A stretch of DNA of 64,000 nucleotides from Carcharhinus amblyrhynchos (Eukaryota): assembly GCA_965287045.1 (NCBI GenBank), contig OZ336895.1, positions 23,870,001 through 23,934,000 of the forward strand, in the 5' to 3' direction. The notes beneath the pieces were generated by a model. It searched no databases, was not told the DNA's origin, and worked only from the letters and a program-made list of their open reading frames with translations. A program made the translations under genes and the position numbers. This document shows, piece by piece, positions 63,701 to 64,000 of this stretch. Position 1 is the first letter of the stretch, and the number at the start of each line of letters is the position of its first letter.

Positions 63701-63896
63701 TTTCTACCTGATTCAATGAGCGGGATTTTACAGCCTCGCTCGAGCGAGACCAGAAATTCCTGCCCGAGGTCAACGAAGATTTTATTGTCAGATCCTCGTC
63801 CGCGTTTCTGTGATGGGCAAAGTTTTAGAGCCCCGGCCATCTTATTTAAGACACTGTTTTATTTTTCAGGATACCATGAATCAACACCTTCATCCC
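556..63896 (+). CDS. Partial multi-exon MUC16-like (SEA-repeat) mucin gene: about 89 PTS exons followed by 6 four-exon SEA modules; start and end lie outside the window
   Basis: Chain of AG...GT-bounded exons. All exons I measured keep frame: PTS exons are phase 1-1 with length divisible by 3, and SEA exons run phase 1-0, 0-2, 2-1, 1-1. SEA sequences (FNVTFVITNL, C-x18/19-C, LGVYSLDNNSLYVNG) match the MUC16 repeat motifs FTLNFTITNL and LGPYTLDRDSLYVNG. Orthology is unproven, so no symbol is given. Confidence 0.88.
1147..1311 (+). CDS. PTS exon type C (165 nt), representative copy
   Basis: cactgaaacag|CAGAAAC...ACAAGTG|gtgagtaac; NAGNAG acceptor; encodes ETSASTAQSTTAAVSSASTPTSTSTAESTTTTISTPAPTAEST... 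Confidence 0.85.
1602..1751 (+). CDS. PTS exon type D (150 nt), representative copy
   Basis: ttttcactgcag|CAACAGAAACC...ACAAGTG|gtgagtatcat; encodes TETSTASSSTAISASSSTPATTSTSGATTTERSTPASTSISTSTLTTTS. Confidence 0.85.
1971..2141 (+). CDS. PTS exon type A (171 nt), representative copy
   Basis: actttctcag|CAACATCTCC...ACAAGTG|gtgagtatcc; open frame, length divisible by 3. Confidence 0.85.
2453..2617 (+). CDS. PTS exon type B (165 nt), representative copy
   Basis: cactaaaatag|CAGAAAC...ACAAGTG|gtgagtgttc; C-like 5' end joined to an A-like body. Confidence 0.85.
15920..16460 (+). mobile_element. Young 5'-truncated CR1-type LINE in a B-C intron
   Basis: Uninterrupted ORF2 C-terminus (EGVQRRFTRL...RMRGDLIETYK...TRGHSLK...FFTQRVVNLWNSLP) and (TTCTTATG)n tail. 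It interrupts the array consensus ttttg|tatcaaaaatg. Confidence 0.93.
18497..18781 (+). CDS. Fused C-D PTS exon (285 nt) created by an in-frame deletion
   Basis: C exon ...ACTCCAGCACCA runs directly into TTAAATATTTTCACTGCAG and the D exon. ORF 18412..18816 reads ...STPAPLNIFTAATETS... Confidence 0.7.
28066..28236 (+). CDS. Chimeric PTS exon (A-type acceptor and body, C-type donor and intron), 171 nt
   Basis: An A-type exon is followed by gtgagtaacatggt and the C-D intron; B and C exons are missing from this unit. Confidence 0.75.
35020..35175 (+). CDS. Divergent PTS exon type E (156 nt); paralog at 37529-37690 (162 nt)
   Basis: ttatttgcacttgaacag|CAGCAAC...AAGTG|gtgcgt; open T/S/A/P-rich frame. 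Confidence 0.75.
38660..38832 (+). mobile_element. Decayed CR1-like LINE 3' fragment
   Basis: acattcaaagtgtatctggat...ggcttggtagacagaagggtctgttcctatgctgta resembles CR1 3' ends and is absent from array introns. Confidence 0.55.
38946..42083 (+). CDS. Terminal divergent PTS exons: 38946-39068, 39647-39811, 40260-40391, 40716-40868, 41473-41607, 41919-42083 (or -42095)
   Basis: Each is AG/GT bounded with length 123, 165, 132, 153, 135 and 165 (or 177) nt, all multiples of 3 and T/S-rich. The last exon has two in-frame weak donors (gtgatt, gtaaaa). Confidence 0.7.
39145..39380. mobile_element. Palindromic non-autonomous element (Penelope-like derived), arms about 90 bp centred at 39281/39282
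   Basis: aaaatgctggaagatctcagcaggtctgtcagcatctgtaaggag... is mirrored by ...ctccttacagatgctgacagacctgctgaggttttccagcatttt. The family assignment is from recalled similarity only. Confidence 0.7.
40030..40160 (-). mobile_element. Decayed CR1-like fragment
   Basis: ataagatgattcgaccc...cattcaatgagatcatgactga and ctctgtgagaagaaattcctcc...cttattctgagattatgcc are reverse-complement CR1 tail and ORF2 pieces. Confidence 0.6.
41118..41440 (-). mobile_element. tRNA-derived V-SINE (HE1-like)
   Basis: tRNA-like head (reverse complement GGTTCAATTCC B-box near 41375-41386), V-domain ggagcacc...aaactccacacagac, and agaatcgtagaatccc tail. Confidence 0.85.
42671..44287 (+). CDS. SEA module 1 (exons 42671-42831, 42921-42988, 43437-43606, 44261-44287; 142 aa)
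   Basis: EPTIVPVTNNPDQETQKTKFNVTFTVLTLPF...ILDE|LNKLYANSKVNSTFVKCHSVSFR|PASDGNSTVEAFC...LGSYSLDSNSLFVDG|YHESVVLT; canonical GT-AG sites. Confidence 0.88.
44622..44915 (-). mobile_element. tRNA-derived V-SINE (subfamily with AAACTTT tail)
   Basis: ggaatcgaacc B-box (reverse complement GGTTCGATTCC) and V-domain; same tail as the element at 61713-62012. Confidence 0.85.
45880..46230 (-). mobile_element. Old LINE 3' fragment, duplicated at about 48250-48570
   Basis: The reverse strand gives CR1-like RKSF...VIWNCLPTSVTEVKMI in the 48 kb copy. Both copies sit upstream of SEA exon 1 in modules 2 and 3. Confidence 0.65.
46292..48101 (+). CDS. SEA module 2 (exons 46292-46449, 46575-46642, 47731-47903, 48075-48101; 142 aa)
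   Basis: TTPAVTTQMSTPEVKPIEFNVTFVITNLEF...SHQ|LTDLYSKSKINSTFSTCKTVSFS|PANIGGSTSVYSVC...LGVYSLDNNSLYVNG|YHESTPLP. Confidence 0.9.
46779..47493 (-). mobile_element. 5'-truncated CR1-type LINE
   Basis: Reverse ORF SRTRGRCLRIRGRPFRMEMRRRFFTQRVVSLWNSLP plus tail; absent from the paralogous intron of module 3. Confidence 0.88.
48658..49776 (+). CDS. SEA module 3 (exons 48658-48815, 48960-49027, 49406-49578, 49750-49776), near-identical to module 2
   Basis: Same exon lengths (158/68/173/27), few substitutions, and homologous introns. Confidence 0.9.
50363..54938 (+). CDS. SEA module 4 (exons 50363-50517, 50610-50677, 54566-54735, 54912-54938; 140 aa)
   Basis: ...PYDFNVTFIITNLAP...AHE|LNTRFANSKINQTFSKCRVLSFS|AARADSTSVSSIC...LGAYSLDNNSLYVNG|YHEPAPTT; intron 2 is expanded by TEs. 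Confidence 0.9.
50890..51195 (-). mobile_element. tRNA-derived SINE (second family, no V-domain)
   Basis: Perfect B-box, reverse complement GGTTCGAATCC at 51128-51138, and a (TGAA)n/A-rich tail at about 50890-50905. Confidence 0.7.
51285..53110 (+). mobile_element. Old CR1 LINE endonuclease-region relic, split by a nested younger CR1
   Basis: VESVWLEL...VGVVYKPPN...MGDFN and EEEFLEC..GFLDQ.VEEPTREQAILD are APE-endonuclease motifs, with stops and frameshifts. Confidence 0.8.
51841..52864 (+). mobile_element. 5'-truncated CR1 LINE (RT C-terminal half), same family as 15920-16460
   Basis: SGVPQGSVLG, KFADDTK, YCVQFWSP motifs; (TTCTTATG)n tail; GAATT duplicated at 51836-51840 and 52865-52869. 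Confidence 0.93.
53401..53622 (-). mobile_element. Short 3' copy of the same young CR1 family, antisense
   Basis: cataagaacataagaaataggagcaggagtaggcc... is the reverse complement of about 16230-16460. Confidence 0.88.
53623..53910 (+). mobile_element. Older CR1-like LINE 3' end
   Basis: tctagaactagaggtcatagtttaaaaattag (SRTRGHSLKI) and cagatcagcc...attgaatggc. Confidence 0.7.
55059..55340 (+). mobile_element. V-SINE (HE1-like), old copy after SEA module 4
   Basis: tRNA head (cagtgccagggaccagggttcaattc), V-domain tttgcatgttc...cccacagtccaaagatgtg, and tail. Confidence 0.8.
55898..58107 (+). CDS. SEA module 5 (exons 55898-56046, 56138-56205, 57724-57893, 58081-58107; 138 aa)
   Basis: PIVVTTPTVQTQPLDFNMTFIITNL...; exon lengths 149/68/170/27 with canonical splice sites. 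Confidence 0.9.
57059..57614. mobile_element. MITE-like non-autonomous DNA transposon
   Basis: Terminal inverted repeats GGGGTGATCTTACCA / TGGTAAGATCACCTC (14/15) with CATT on both flanks; the site is empty in modules 4 and 6 (gctgcaac.catt.aattttaacccc). Confidence 0.8.
58226..58732 (+). mobile_element. V-SINE with a second V-SINE body nested in it (about 58305-58537)
   Basis: The outer parts match 55059-55340; an extra V-domain plus tail ending ggattctatg precedes the resumed old copy. Confidence 0.8.
59282..63896 (+). CDS. SEA module 6 (exons 59282-59430, 59522-59589, 63399-63568, 63870-63896; 138 aa)
   Basis: PIVVTTPNLQRNPFDFNVTFIITNL...; exon lengths 149/68/170/27. The following intron matches those after modules 4 and 5, so the array probably continues beyond the window. 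Confidence 0.9.
61030..61370 (+). mobile_element. Decayed CR1 LINE 3' end
   Basis: gaaaagatgttcccaatggtgggg...aggactgagataag...gtggaatttgctacc...ggtggagcaggctgaaagggcc. Confidence 0.75.
61713..62012 (+). mobile_element. tRNA-derived V-SINE (AAACTTT-tail subfamily)
   Basis: GGTTCGATTCC B-box at about 61762-61772, V-domain, and tail cattgcagtgttaatttaagcctac...aacttt. Confidence 0.85.
62685..63260 (-). mobile_element. Decayed CR1-like LINE, antisense
   Basis: cataggaacacagaaatagcagtaggc tail and ctatgcccctagttctaga (reverse complement encodes SRTRGH). Confidence 0.75.
63718..63838. mobile_element. Short GC-rich MITE-like insertion
   Basis: gagcgggattttacagcc...agagccccggcc is inserted relative to the paralogous introns of modules 4 and 5 (tgactcattttat.taagacac). 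Confidence 0.55.
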
Positions 63897-64000
63897 GTGA
63901 GTATGATTTCTGTTTCTATGTTTTCTTAAGATTTCATTTTATTGCAGTGGGAAATAACAAAGTAAATCCTTATTAAACTCTATTTCTATATCATCAAATG

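Overview
Eukaryotic (vertebrate) genomic DNA, most likely a shark given its V-SINE/HE1-like and CR1-like repeats. The window lies inside one large + strand, multi-exon mucin gene of the MUC16/CA125 type, with neither the signal-peptide exon nor the transmembrane/stop exon visible. From about 0.35 to 42.1 kb the Thr/Ser/Pro-rich (PTS) domain is split into about 89 (manual count) small symmetric phase-1 exons of about 120-170 nt. These form a higher-order exon+intron tandem repeat (A-B-C-D, about 1.9 kb, with about 1.4 kb three-exon variants). From 42.7 kb to the end there are six tandem MUC16-type SEA modules, each encoded by four exons (about 155/68/170/27 nt). The repeat core is almost transposon-free, while introns beyond about 38.6 kb are full of CR1 LINE fragments, tRNA-derived SINEs, MITE-like elements and a palindromic element. 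Most ORF-track entries are exon read-throughs or antisense shadows. Coordinates were read by eye, and TE ends are approximate.
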